A stretch of DNA of 64,000 nucleotides from a virus. A program made the translations under genes and the position numbers. This document shows, piece by piece, positions 1 to 8,803 of the stretch (positions are counted from its first letter, which is position 1; the number at the start of each line of letters is the position of its first letter). The notes beneath the pieces were generated by a model that made no database searches, had not been told where the DNA came from, and saw nothing but the letters and a program-made list of their open reading frames with translations. The stretch lies in IMG/VR virus record IMGVR_UViG_3300031963_000072, positions 17,921 to 81,920 of that record; one strand, written 5' to 3'.

Positions 1-12
1 CTGCGCTGAAGT

Positions 13-276
13 TTACTTGCGTCCGAGAATGTATTCGACTTTGGTCTTTGTGTATGGTCTAAGCGCGGGATCTGCAAGAAGCGCTGCAGCGCTCTCAGGG
101 TCTAGGCCTCTAAGCTCCGCAGTGACAGCGCTGACTTGCTCTTGACCGCGCTGATAGGCGCGTGCATCATCAGACATCTGATAGTCCCAGTCGACTCTGT
201 TGAGTCTGTTGACGAGGTCTGCCATTTCTACTTCTTCCTTGATGATTTGCTTGAGTTCGCTGAGTCTGATCTTCAT
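13..276 (-). CDS. hypothetical protein with N-terminal MKIRLSELKQIIKEE motif (putative virion protein)
   Basis: 87 aa ORF; GGAGAG SD-like site and ATAATTA motif upstream. Confidence 0.7.
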   Translation of the reverse strand: MKIRLSELKQIIKEEVEMADLVNRLNRVDWDYQMSDDARAYQRGQEQVSAVTAELRGLDPESAAALLADPALRPYTKTKVEYILGRK

Positions 277-294
277 GTCTCTCTCCGCTGCTAA

Positions 295-441
295 TTATTC
301 GAGAGAAATGGAATATGGTACGTTTGGGAAGATTACAGAGACTTTATCCTGTGCCTCCACGTAGTCCTTGGCGTACAACGTGAACTCCTGAGTACGGCCA
401 TTGGTGTAGAAGAGGTGCGCTCGCCACTTGAGCATGGTCAT
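295..441 (-). CDS. small hypothetical protein (48 aa, MTMLKWRAHLFYTNGRTQEFTLYAKDYVEAQDKVSVIFPNVPYSISLE)
   Basis: Not in the ORF track; translated by hand; ATGA overlap with the stop of 438..629 and fills the gap. Confidence 0.6.
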   Translation of the reverse strand: MTMLKWRAHLFYTNGRTQEFTLYAKDYVEAQDKVSVIFPNVPYSISLE

Positions 442-629
442 TCTGACACCCCCAATTCTTCGTTGTCGAAGTGGAAGTACTCATCGATGGCATTGCCGAT
501 CTCACGGATTACGTGCTCTCGGATCATCGCCTCCGTGGGATTGTCAGTGTGCTTGTGGGCACGCTGCCAACCCCACTCGAAGCCCTCTTCGAGGGCACGC
601 TGTAGAACTCTGTAGGATTTCACTCTCAT
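438..629 (-). CDS. hypothetical protein
   Basis: 63 aa ORF coupled (ATGA) to PolX gene. Confidence 0.65.
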   Translation of the reverse strand: MRVKSYRVLQRALEEGFEWGWQRAHKHTDNPTEAMIREHVIREIGNAIDEYFHFDNEELGVSE

Positions 630-1210
630 TGTTGCCTCACATACTTCTTGATGACGTTGCGACCAGTGCGTTCGACCGGCGGGACAAAGTCCATTTCGAG
701 CAGGTCAAAGAAGTCTTGCTCCTCGTAGACCGGGAGTTGAGTACCGTCAGGCATAGTAGGCATAACTTCTGTCATGCGGCCGCCACCTGACAGCTTCTTC
801 CACCGAGCAAAACATCCAGGAGTGAAGCCGTTGAATGCATTACCGTCAGAACCTGCAGCGCTACCGGTACGCATGAGAAAGAGACCGCCCCAGTTCTCAG
901 GCTTGGCAATAAAGAGGTCGAGGTTCATTCCTTCATTAAGTCGAACACGAACATACCGTGAGTCAGGCTTTGGAGTCCACGGAATGACTCCAGGAACGCT
1001 TGGTTTAATCGTTTGACCGACATCGCCTAGCAATTGTAGAAGTTTTTCTCTGTCAGCCACAATAGCAACCAGCTCGATGTCACCAACGACGGGCTTCTCC
1101 CGCCGAATAGAACCTGCAATCTCGATCCTATCCATTGCAGGAGCAATGTGATTGCGAACCTTGTCAGCGATGTTACGTGCTTCGGATAGTTCGATCTTGC
1201 CAATTCCCAT
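626..1210 (-). CDS. polX: minimal family X DNA polymerase (palm+thumb only)
   Basis: AGSIRR...GDIEL, NLDLF, MRTGS, EEQDFF..L.M.FVPP..R motifs of the PolX/pol beta core. Confidence 0.85.
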   Translation of the reverse strand: MGIGKIELSEARNIADKVRNHIAPAMDRIEIAGSIRREKPVVGDIELVAIVADREKLLQLLGDVGQTIKPSVPGVIPWTPKPDSRYVRVRLNEGMNLDLFIAKPENWGGLFLMRTGSAAGSDGNAFNGFTPGCFARWKKLSGGGRMTEVMPTMPDGTQLPVYEEQDFFDLLEMDFVPPVERTGRNVIKKYVRQQ

Positions 1211-1216
1211 GAATCT

Positions 1217-1246
1217 AGGATATCATAACAAGATCGAACTTTTCAC
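1217..1246 (-). promoter_or_regulatory. class A promoter GTGAAA-N18-TATCCT, 6 nt before polX ATG
   Basis: Same geometry as ten other sites in the window. Confidence 0.55.
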
Positions 1247-1331
1247 AAGTTCACGCAACATTTTTAACTTTACGTCAAAGCTGCCACTTCCAGCAGTTTT
1301 TCAACATTGTTGATGATGTTGAAATAACAAT

Positions 1332-1802
1332 TTAAAACTTTGGAAGTTTGACTCTTACTACGGATCCGTCAGGCATTGTCACTGTGGAATCATCTTCATG
1401 ATCTTCGACAACATTTTTTCTATTTAACAAGTGAGACTGCTGAAGCATAGAATCGTTTCTTGTAACGAAATCGGGAAGATTCTGGATTGTTTGTGGTGTG
1501 ACGTGTGATTTAGGACCCGCATACCACACGTTTGACTTGTCTAAAGCATTGTCTATCAGCTTGTTGACTTGGGCGGTCGCTCTTTGTATTAGTGTCTGCC
1601 TGAGAATTTCAGGAGATTCAAAAACTTCTCCATCGACTTGATCGAAAGTTAATTTCGTCTCTTTCTCAGGACCAGCCTGAAGAATGTAACTAACTTCTTC
1701 GCCTGCTAGAGTTTTTTTGGTTATGACCTCTACCACTTGCATTGGGTAGACTTGACTTTTCTTGTTGAGAATGAAGAAGAGAACTTGACCAACAGTGTAC
1801 AT
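1332..1802 (-). CDS. hypothetical protein
   Basis: 156 aa ORF in tightly packed operon. Confidence 0.7.
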   Translation of the reverse strand: MYTVGQVLFFILNKKSQVYPMQVVEVITKKTLAGEEVSYILQAGPEKETKLTFDQVDGEVFESPEILRQTLIQRATAQVNKLIDNALDKSNVWYAGPKSHVTPQTIQNLPDFVTRNDSMLQQSHLLNRKNVVEDHEDDSTVTMPDGSVVRVKLPKF

Positions 1803-1804
1803 AA

Positions 1805-2143
1805 TCAGCCCTCTTCAAAATTCTCTTCTGCGGACTCTTCTTCTTCAGATCCGTCAGAAGAAAGGTGGAAAACGCTCATGGGAGGCGGACCAACAGGAGC
1901 AACTATGTAATCCGGAGCTTCATCATTAACAGGGACGTTAGCGGCTTCACAAATGGCAGCAATCTTGTCCCAGAGCTTCTCTTCAAGAAATGCTCTGTCT
2001 TCAAGGTCTGCCAAATGCTGGCTGAGAGTCTTATTTACGTCCGGAGGCAAGACGACACTGAACAGATCTCTTAGATGAGCAATTTCTGTGCGAGTGAGTC
2101 GCAAATCATAGGTCTTGCGCTTCTTAATCTTTTCCTTCTTCAT
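1805..2143 (-). CDS. hypothetical protein, acidic C-terminus
   Basis: 112 aa ORF, ATGA-coupled. Confidence 0.7.
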   Translation of the reverse strand: MKKEKIKKRKTYDLRLTRTEIAHLRDLFSVVLPPDVNKTLSQHLADLEDRAFLEEKLWDKIAAICEAANVPVNDEAPDYIVAPVGPPPMSVFHLSSDGSEEEESAEENFEEG

Positions 2144-2343
2144 GGAGTCTCCTGATACCTGCTTCCAGGCTGATTTGGTTCATTAGAATCTGTACACTCA
2201 AATTTGTGACTTGTAGCGTGAGGACACCGCTTGTTACCGCACTTGATGCAGACTACCATCCTGTACAATACGGGGTTATCAATTCCAAGTTCAGGCCTGT
2301 TGATGCAATTGTAACAAGCGGTACACCTCTCTTCTTCCATCAC
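2140..2343 (-). CDS. Cys-rich putative Zn-binding protein
   Basis: CTACYNC...CIKCGNKRCPHA...C. Confidence 0.65.
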   Translation of the reverse strand: MMEEERCTACYNCINRPELGIDNPVLYRMVVCIKCGNKRCPHATSHKFECTDSNEPNQPGSRYQETP

Positions 2344-2633
2344 GCCTCCGCCGGATCTACGAGAGCTTCCATGAAGAGGTCGAAAGTATCCTTGTGATCC
2401 ACAGAAGACTGGATCTTGACGACCTTAAGCGCAGCTTGAAGTGTCTTCATGTCAAGCTTCTCCGAATATTCCTCTATGACAGATTTCCTGTCCTCCTTGA
2501 GGAGTTCCATCTCGTTGTCAATATTTTCAATACGACCTACAAACTCCTTGACGAGATCGCGAAGTGCATTGATCTCATCAGGTTGAAGATGTGCTACGTT
2601 GTATTGCTCAGGTGATTGCTTCTTCTTGGGCAT
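2340..2633 (-). CDS. GapR/DUF2312-like (T4 DsbA-like) dsDNA-binding protein
   Basis: FVGRIENIDNEMELLKEDRKSVIEEY...LDMKTLQAALKVVK pattern. Confidence 0.7.
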   Translation of the reverse strand: MPKKKQSPEQYNVAHLQPDEINALRDLVKEFVGRIENIDNEMELLKEDRKSVIEEYSEKLDMKTLQAALKVVKIQSSVDHKDTFDLFMEALVDPAEA

Positions 2634-2639
2634 GCATCT

Positions 2640-2669
2640 ATGATACTACCCCAACTAGAAATTGTTCAG
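2640..2669 (-). promoter_or_regulatory. class A promoter CTGAAC-N18-TATCAT, 6 nt before ATG
   Basis: Recurrent motif and spacing. Confidence 0.6.
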
Positions 2670-3706
2670 AGAGACTTGATTTTTTGAATCACTTCCCTAA
2701 AGTCTGAAACGTACGGGGACTCTTCTGGAATACCAGCGCTTAAGACACTATCGACCTGTGACTGCAGATTTTTTATGTAGAAGTCCTTCATTGACTTTCT
2801 AGTCGCATTTATTAACATTTTTTCTGCAGCTTCTTTTTCTTCTCCCTGAAGCTGTTTAATCTTTTCTGCTTCGGGAATCTTCTTTCCAGTTATGCGCTCA
2901 AGATCTTCTATCGTTCTGGAGTCTTTTAGTATTTGAACAGCTTGCGCATAGACATTTTTTAGAGAATTTTTGTAAATTTTGCTAGCAGCATCTTGTATTG
3001 CCTGGAAGTCACGAGATCCTGAAAGCGCCTTTCTTAGGAATTTCTTGTTGCTGAGTATCTTTTTTGCAGCTTCTTCCTCAGACACTTCTCTCAAAATGGA
3101 TTCACCAACAGACTTCCTTCTAGCTGAATCTCCGAAATTATTACTCATAACCTTGTCAAAAAGAGAATCCGAAGCGCCCCCTGTTAAAACAGAAAGCACG
3201 TCTTTGGCTACTCCGGGCGCCTTATGAAGAGCCAATGCAGAGAGGGCAAGATCAGGCGCAGTCATGAATGCAACGAAAGCAGCGTCTGTCGAACTGAGCG
3301 CCTTGTTAGTGCGTTCATATACGTCCTTGTATTGGCTTCTAATCTTATTGATGTCTTCCTTCTCTTTTCTGAAAATTTCAGAGTATCTGGCTCCGAGAAC
3401 GGGTATGAGCGTCGTTAAGATTGTAGCAAATCCAACCGTAAGAAGAGTCCTTCCTTTTCTCGTGATTTCCTTGGACTTGCCAACGGCAGTCTTAAAAACG
3501 TCAGTGAAGGGAGTTATAAAAGTATTCTTTAAATCTTCTTTGCTACCAAATGCCATTCCGTGTGGACCAGCAGCTGCGGATATGTCACCGGCAGATATGC
3601 CGGCGTCAGAGAGAGTAGAAGCTCCAAAGGAATCTTCTGACAGTAAAGTTCTTACATACTCTTTTAAAAGGTGAGAATCAGAATCAGCAGCTTTATTTTT
3701 TGACAT
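2666..3706 (-). CDS. hypothetical protein (putative virion protein, LLKEYVRTLLSE motif)
   Basis: Start moved to MSKNK (3706) to avoid a long overlap; central hydrophobic segment. Confidence 0.7.
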   Translation of the reverse strand: MSKNKAADSDSHLLKEYVRTLLSEDSFGASTLSDAGISAGDISAAAGPHGMAFGSKEDLKNTFITPFTDVFKTAVGKSKEITRKGRTLLTVGFATILTTLIPVLGARYSEIFRKEKEDINKIRSQYKDVYERTNKALSSTDAAFVAFMTAPDLALSALALHKAPGVAKDVLSVLTGGASDSLFDKVMSNNFGDSARRKSVGESILREVSEEEAAKKILSNKKFLRKALSGSRDFQAIQDAASKIYKNSLKNVYAQAVQILKDSRTIEDLERITGKKIPEAEKIKQLQGEEKEAAEKMLINATRKSMKDFYIKNLQSQVDSVLSAGIPEESPYVSDFREVIQKIKSL

Positions 3707-4880
3707 TTGACGTTCGCTTTCTAGAAGCCACCTTCTTTTCTTTGTCCCCGAGATGTGACAAAACCTGAGATTCTGCATCTGCTGCGAGGCCAATTCTCCC
3801 TCCTTGCGTAAAAAATTTCACGCCAAGTGCACTCTTTGGAGAAAAAGTAAAAGCTCCATTGTGATACCAAATTATTCCTTCAGCTTCACCTACAGCAGCT
3901 TCAACTGCCGCAGCGCTTATCAAACGATATAATTCTGTGATCGAAAGAGATCCATAAGTGGAAGGGTAAGAATTGGAAAGAGCACCGAGTATCTCTGGAA
4001 GAAGTTTGGCGAAATCTTTCATTCCCATCTCAGCAAATTTAGAAATGTCAATGACGCCCGTCCTTGCAATTTGCTTTAAAATGGGGGTGTTGGTAATTAA
4101 TTTGTCGGAAGTAGAACCCATCTTGCTTCCAACACTCGGCTTACCTTCTTTTACGTGCCAGGTGGCCGTTCCTATCGTCACGTCATACGGGCTGTTAGAG
4201 CTTCCTAATTTTGTTTCGGGGAACATTAGCGGTAATGCAAGTTCACCTCTGCCTATTTGAGTACCTGCCGTCACAGAGGTTCTTAAGTCTGCTATCTCTT
4301 GAAGGACTTCAGGGACTTCTACGACGCCAACAGGTTGCCTATTTTCTTTGTCTGATAAAATTGCAGATATTTCAGCTGGATAGCTCCTTGAGAAAAATTT
4401 CTTCAAAACATTTTGAATTGCTGCATTTTGAGGATAGCTTTCACTCAAGAGTCTTTCAATTTCGATTGCAACTTCAGGATGTTGATCATATCCTGATAGA
4501 AAAGATTCTGGGTCAAACTTCTTGATTCCAAGCTCTTTGCTTATGAAGTCTTTCAATAGATCTAGCTTGTCATCCGGTATGTCGTAGTCCTCGTCGCCAA
4601 TTTTTACATAGGATTCGCTAAGTTCTTCCCGAAGTCTTGCTGAGTGCCTCTTTGCAGAGGAAAGTTCTGACTTTAGTTTTGAAATTAGCCTAGAGTAATT
4701 TGCTCGAGCCTCTGAACCTCTACGCTGTCTGTCTCTCCAGCGAACTAGATCTACAATTCTCATTTCGAGATCTTCTATGTGTTCCTGAGAACCCCAGGGT
4801 GCCTTACCGTCTGTTACGTCGGCTTCGCGAATTCTTGTCTCAACAAGTAAGCTTACGTAGCTTTTTAAAGCTTCAATCAT
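3693..4880 (-). CDS. hypothetical protein with possible C-terminal PD-(D/E)XK nuclease-like domain
   Basis: GRGEL...PYDVTIG...WHVK; N-terminal LKSYVSLLVE..IREA motif; start moved to MIEAL. Confidence 0.6.
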   Translation of the reverse strand: MIEALKSYVSLLVETRIREADVTDGKAPWGSQEHIEDLEMRIVDLVRWRDRQRRGSEARANYSRLISKLKSELSSAKRHSARLREELSESYVKIGDEDYDIPDDKLDLLKDFISKELGIKKFDPESFLSGYDQHPEVAIEIERLLSESYPQNAAIQNVLKKFFSRSYPAEISAILSDKENRQPVGVVEVPEVLQEIADLRTSVTAGTQIGRGELALPLMFPETKLGSSNSPYDVTIGTATWHVKEGKPSVGSKMGSTSDKLITNTPILKQIARTGVIDISKFAEMGMKDFAKLLPEILGALSNSYPSTYGSLSITELYRLISAAAVEAAVGEAEGIIWYHNGAFTFSPKSALGVKFFTQGGRIGLAADAESQVLSHLGDKEKKVASRKRTSNVKK

Positions 4881-5064
4881 CTGTGTCTCCGGCTGCATTT
4901 TTCATCGCAGCAATCAGGTAATACTTGATGTGAACATCTGTGACGCTTTCGGCGTCTTTTAAGTTGAAAGCTTCTCTAACTCTTTCCACAAGCTGAGAAG
5001 AAACATCAACAGATGCGACTTGACCGCTCTTCATGGCTAATTCGACGGTTCTTGAGGCTATCAT
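4873..5064 (-). CDS. hypothetical protein
   Basis: 63 aa ORF in operon. Confidence 0.6.
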   Translation of the reverse strand: MIASRTVELAMKSGQVASVDVSSQLVERVREAFNLKDAESVTDVHIKYYLIAAMKNAAGDTDD

Positions 5065-5069
5065 TTTTC

Positions 5070-5651
5070 TTACTTCTTTTTTGGAGAAATAGGAACGGGT
5101 CCTGATGTATCTTCTGCTGAAGGACTCTTCTCGACCTTGTCTTTTTCAGGTGCCTTTATAACATTCGGCTTAATTGTTCTTTTTTCACCACCAGCTTCTG
5201 ATTTTTTCATTTCTACGCTAGCGGGAGTGTCGCTGGGATCTGTTGCTTGATCGGGAGATATTTCTCCCGTGACTATTTGACTCAAGCCCTTCAAGAAAGC
5301 AAGTAGTGCAGTTTTTTCAGCCTGACTAAGGCTGTTGACGTATTCGTCCATCTTTCCTTCTATTGCAGAATCTTTAAAAGACTTTCCTGCTCGAATAGTG
5401 TTGAGTTTATCCACTATGTCTTTCGTGGTAATCTCACCTTTTTTCAGCTTCTCTTTCTCAGAATCGACAGTCTTTGAAGATTGCTGCTGGTCATTTGAAG
5501 AAGCTTCCTCGTCTTCTTCTTCAAGCGGAGCTTGACGATTCTTTTCTTCAACAGCGTTTCTATACAGTTTTGACTTGATGCTCTCTTTGACAATCTCTTC
5601 GATTGCCTTAGAGAGAGACTTTTTTGTTTGAACCTTTGAGATTTTTTCCAT
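5070..5651 (-). CDS. hypothetical charged protein (putative virion protein)
   Basis: 193 aa; LSKAIEEIVKES motif; ATATTTA at 5669-5675. Confidence 0.7.
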   Translation of the reverse strand: MEKISKVQTKKSLSKAIEEIVKESIKSKLYRNAVEEKNRQAPLEEEDEEASSNDQQQSSKTVDSEKEKLKKGEITTKDIVDKLNTIRAGKSFKDSAIEGKMDEYVNSLSQAEKTALLAFLKGLSQIVTGEISPDQATDPSDTPASVEMKKSEAGGEKRTIKPNVIKAPEKDKVEKSPSAEDTSGPVPISPKKK

Positions 5652-5677
5652 GAGATTGCACCACAGCTTAAATATGA

Positions 5678-6070
5678 TCAGCTTTTGATTAGATCAACGC
5701 CAAGAACACACATCTTATTTTGTCTGTCAATTTCGAGCATCTTCGTTGAAGTAACATCAAAGGGGCCTTCAATACATAGCTCATCATTACCAAAGCGCAG
5801 GTAGAGCACCCTGCAGGAAAGCTTGCTGTTCGAGACTTCTTTAATGACTTGATATGCTTCATTCAGGCTGGTATATATGTCTACCTTTAGACACTGACAA
5901 TTATTTTCTATGGAAATTCCTGACAAATTTCCTAGTATTAGATCGAATTCAAATTCAAGAGCAACGACAAAAGAACTATCACTTGGTTTTTCGGTCACTT
6001 CTTGGTCGAGGTCTTGTATTCTACCTCGCAAAGAATCACTCATAATAAGTCTATCGTCATCTTGAATCAT
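5678..6070 (-). CDS. hypothetical protein
   Basis: 130 aa ORF overlapping PCD stop. Confidence 0.6.
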   Translation of the reverse strand: MIQDDDRLIMSDSLRGRIQDLDQEVTEKPSDSSFVVALEFEFDLILGNLSGISIENNCQCLKVDIYTSLNEAYQVIKEVSNSKLSCRVLYLRFGNDELCIEGPFDVTSTKMLEIDRQNKMCVLGVDLIKS

Positions 6071-6437
6071 GGGATAGACTATACACTACGTCTTTGTATA
6101 GTTCATCTGCATGTCTTGCATACTCGCGATCGAGCTCAGTAATCTGATCTAAATTATGTGTCTGAAGCGTGAGAGTAACTTCTTCATACTGCACAGTGAT
6201 CGTGGCGTGATGACCAGCTTTTTCTTCGTGGATTAAAAGCTGTCTTACGAAGTCATTTCTTAATTCATTAGAAATAAACTTAAATGTCTTAATAAGAGAA
6301 TTATTTGACTTTTTCCATCTGTCAGTCGCTATGACAGGTACGTCTTTCCCACGAGGAGTAACAGGTAGCTTGCCAAAGTCCATTGGCCTTCTTGCTCTAT
6401 CAAGAAACTCTTCGTGAAGACGTCTCAGGTGACTCAT
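6057..6437 (-). CDS. pterin-4-alpha-carbinolamine dehydratase (PCD/PhhB-like)
   Basis: W...LIKTFKF...EEKAGHH..I...V...LQTH...ITELD...A..AD signature; start at ATGA overlap 6437. Confidence 0.8.
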   Translation of the reverse strand: MSHLRRLHEEFLDRARRPMDFGKLPVTPRGKDVPVIATDRWKKSNNSLIKTFKFISNELRNDFVRQLLIHEEKAGHHATITVQYEEVTLTLQTHNLDQITELDREYARHADELYKDVVYSLSHDSR

Positions 6438-7189
6438 AAAATGACACAGCCTCCAACAACCGCAGCCTCGGTGAAAGAGGATCCGTGGGTCCAAACGTTC
6501 TTCTTTCTATCGATCACGCAAGAGCCTCCCTTGAACTTGAGATCGCGCTCCTTGCCTACACGGTTAGAGACAACCACATTAGCGCTTGTCTCCTCGGCGA
6601 GTTCGACCCACGTGGAGTCTGGATAACCATAGTCAGATCCCCAGTTTGTGAGAAGTGCGATCGTGTCCACTGAACCCTTCTTGTAGAAACGCTGTTCGTT
6701 CTTGTAGAACTTATACGAGTCTCTGTAATTGTTCATCACGTCGCGACAGATTAGGACACCTGTGCGACCTGCTCGGGTCACGATGACTGGGTGGAGCTGT
6801 TCAGAAGACTCAGCCCAGAGGTTGTCTGAGCCCCATAGATTGTGCTTCTGGCAATTCCCAACTAATCCGCTTGGTCCAACAATGGCTGCAGAATTATAGA
6901 ATTTTCCTTCACACACCTCAACATATCCGAACACGATGTGTGTATTGAAACGCTGAGCTATAGGAAGGAATGCTTCAGTCTGGTAGCCGTTCTTGTTCTG
7001 CGCGCAGTCCGCGGCTTCTCGCTTGCTGTTGAGAACGTAACCGCTAAGGCACAACTCTGGGAGGACGACCAGAGATGCACCTTTAGCGGCAGCCTCGAAA
7101 ACAAGCTGAGTGGCTGTCTGGAGATTGGCATAAACATCGTGCAATTCGGGCTTGAACTGCACGGCGGCTACGATAGGAGTTTCCATCAT
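6434..7189 (-). CDS. carbon-nitrogen hydrolase (nitrilase superfamily)
   Basis: Glu-Lys-Cys triad: VLPELCLSGY, KHNLW, GVLICRD. Confidence 0.9.
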   Translation of the reverse strand: MMETPIVAAVQFKPELHDVYANLQTATQLVFEAAAKGASLVVLPELCLSGYVLNSKREAADCAQNKNGYQTEAFLPIAQRFNTHIVFGYVEVCEGKFYNSAAIVGPSGLVGNCQKHNLWGSDNLWAESSEQLHPVIVTRAGRTGVLICRDVMNNYRDSYKFYKNEQRFYKKGSVDTIALLTNWGSDYGYPDSTWVELAEETSANVVVSNRVGKERDLKFKGGSCVIDRKKNVWTHGSSFTEAAVVGGCVIL

Positions 7190-8226
7190 TCCTCTTCAGC
7201 ACATCTCGTGCAGATTCTTGGATAGCCTTTGCCGCCGTTTGACTCGTATTCCTTCTTGTCGCTGAGCTTCATGTTCTTGCCGCACTCAGGACATTTTGGA
7301 CCCGACTCAGTCTTCTTTTCAGTAGCTTCGCTGACCTCGCCGGCGGAGTTCACGTATGGAGCTCCTGGAGCGACGAGGCGCATCTCACGCTTGACGTACT
7401 TGTCAAGGAACTCACGGAAACCGTCAAGCTCAGACACCATGTTCGGATGGTCTTTCATGAGCTGTACGTCAGCAGAAGTGAGCTCACCCGAGCTGTTGAG
7501 AAAATCAATGTAATCACTCATAGCTTTGAGGACAACAATTTGAAGATCGTCTTGATCCATTTTCGAAGCAAACTTGACCTTTGCCATCGCTTTTTCTGCA
7601 GCCTGTTTTGCACCCGACTCAGAAGCGTATCCAAGTTCCTGAGCTATCTGCTTGAAAGATGCACCGCCAATGTCTGTCTGCATAACATTCTTTCTCTCAC
7701 GACCAGCCGCAGGTGCGTCGGCTCTAACCATGGGTGCAGCGTCTTCATCATCTCGCCACTTATCCATCACGCCCTTGAGCTTGGACTTTCTCTTTTCGAG
7801 GTTACGCATATATTCTCCGCCATGGACTCCCGCTGGGATCTTTTTGACGGGAGGAAGCTCAGCTTCCTTTAGTATTTTACGGATCACGGCCCTAACTGTC
7901 TCTTCGACCTTCTTGTCGTTCTTCATTTGTTCGTCCTCTTCTTGTGTTTTTTCGATTGCATCTTTCATAGCGCTAAAGATGTCTTCAGCACAGTCATCAG
8001 ATATGTCGTCAATCATGCCAGACAAAGCAGCACGTAATTCTTTTCTATTTGCAGGTTTGAAGTTGGAATTTTCTGGATTAGTGACTGCAGCTGACGGATC
8101 TACAACAGCAGAGACTGAAACAGGGGAGTCTGAGAGATCAGACGTAGACTCCCAGCCGACCGAAGGATTCATCATGGATTCGCGTATAAGCTCTCTAATT
8201 GCTTTTTCTGTCGTAATGATCTTCAT
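7186..8226 (-). CDS. hypothetical protein with HTH-like segment and C-terminal Zn ribbon
   Basis: SFKQIAQELGYASESGAKQ; CPEC...CTRC; start moved to MKIITTEKAIRELIRES. Confidence 0.65.
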   Translation of the reverse strand: MKIITTEKAIRELIRESMMNPSVGWESTSDLSDSPVSVSAVVDPSAAVTNPENSNFKPANRKELRAALSGMIDDISDDCAEDIFSAMKDAIEKTQEEDEQMKNDKKVEETVRAVIRKILKEAELPPVKKIPAGVHGGEYMRNLEKRKSKLKGVMDKWRDDEDAAPMVRADAPAAGRERKNVMQTDIGGASFKQIAQELGYASESGAKQAAEKAMAKVKFASKMDQDDLQIVVLKAMSDYIDFLNSSGELTSADVQLMKDHPNMVSELDGFREFLDKYVKREMRLVAPGAPYVNSAGEVSEATEKKTESGPKCPECGKNMKLSDKKEYESNGGKGYPRICTRCAEEE

Positions 8227-8309
8227 CTCTTGCTCAAATTGAAAGATTGCAGTGAATTGCAGCAATTTGGATTACTACATTAACTGCTATGTTAAGTATT
8301 ATTCATACA

Positions 8310-8801
8310 TCAATTAGAAACTTGTCCTATTGCATATGCAGTTGCAATTGTGAAAATTACAGAGCTTGCAAATCCAATTCCAAACCATGTCGATCTGCTG
8401 GGTATGCTGCTTTTTAATTCAAGAAGTTCTTGCTCTGATCTAGCAAGCTCTTTCTCTAGCAATCGCACTTTGTTCTCACTTGAAGAAATTCTTGCGTCTT
8501 GAATGCTCTTTTCAGTAAGACACTTTGATTCCTGCTCTTTTAAATCAAAAAGTAATTTTGCTCTAGCAATACTGACGGCAGTGTCGACCTCTAACTTAAG
8601 TCGACTTTCAAAGACATTGTGGTCTGTTATTATTTTTATGGCTGCTGGTGGTGATAATAATATTCCGGGAAATGGAGCTGACTGACCTTTTGACATGGGA
8701 AACAGAAAGGCGGCGTCTTCTTGCACATTGCTTTCAATTTTTTGTGCAAGGGCTCCTGAAGAAGTGAGAGTAACTAGCAAAAAGAAGATATAGTTTTTCA
8801 T
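8310..8801 (-). CDS. secreted coiled-coil protein with C-terminal membrane anchor
   Basis: Signal peptide ending ALA-Q; C-terminal WFGIGFASSVIFTIATAYAIG. Confidence 0.7.
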   Translation of the reverse strand: MKNYIFFLLVTLTSSGALAQKIESNVQEDAAFLFPMSKGQSAPFPGILLSPPAAIKIITDHNVFESRLKLEVDTAVSIARAKLLFDLKEQESKCLTEKSIQDARISSSENKVRLLEKELARSEQELLELKSSIPSRSTWFGIGFASSVIFTIATAYAIGQVSN

Positions 8802-8803
8802 TT

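Noticed and set aside
1299-1324. TTTCAACAT/ATGTTGAAA inverted repeat as terminator
   Set aside because: AT-rich weak stem with no U-tract on the coding strand
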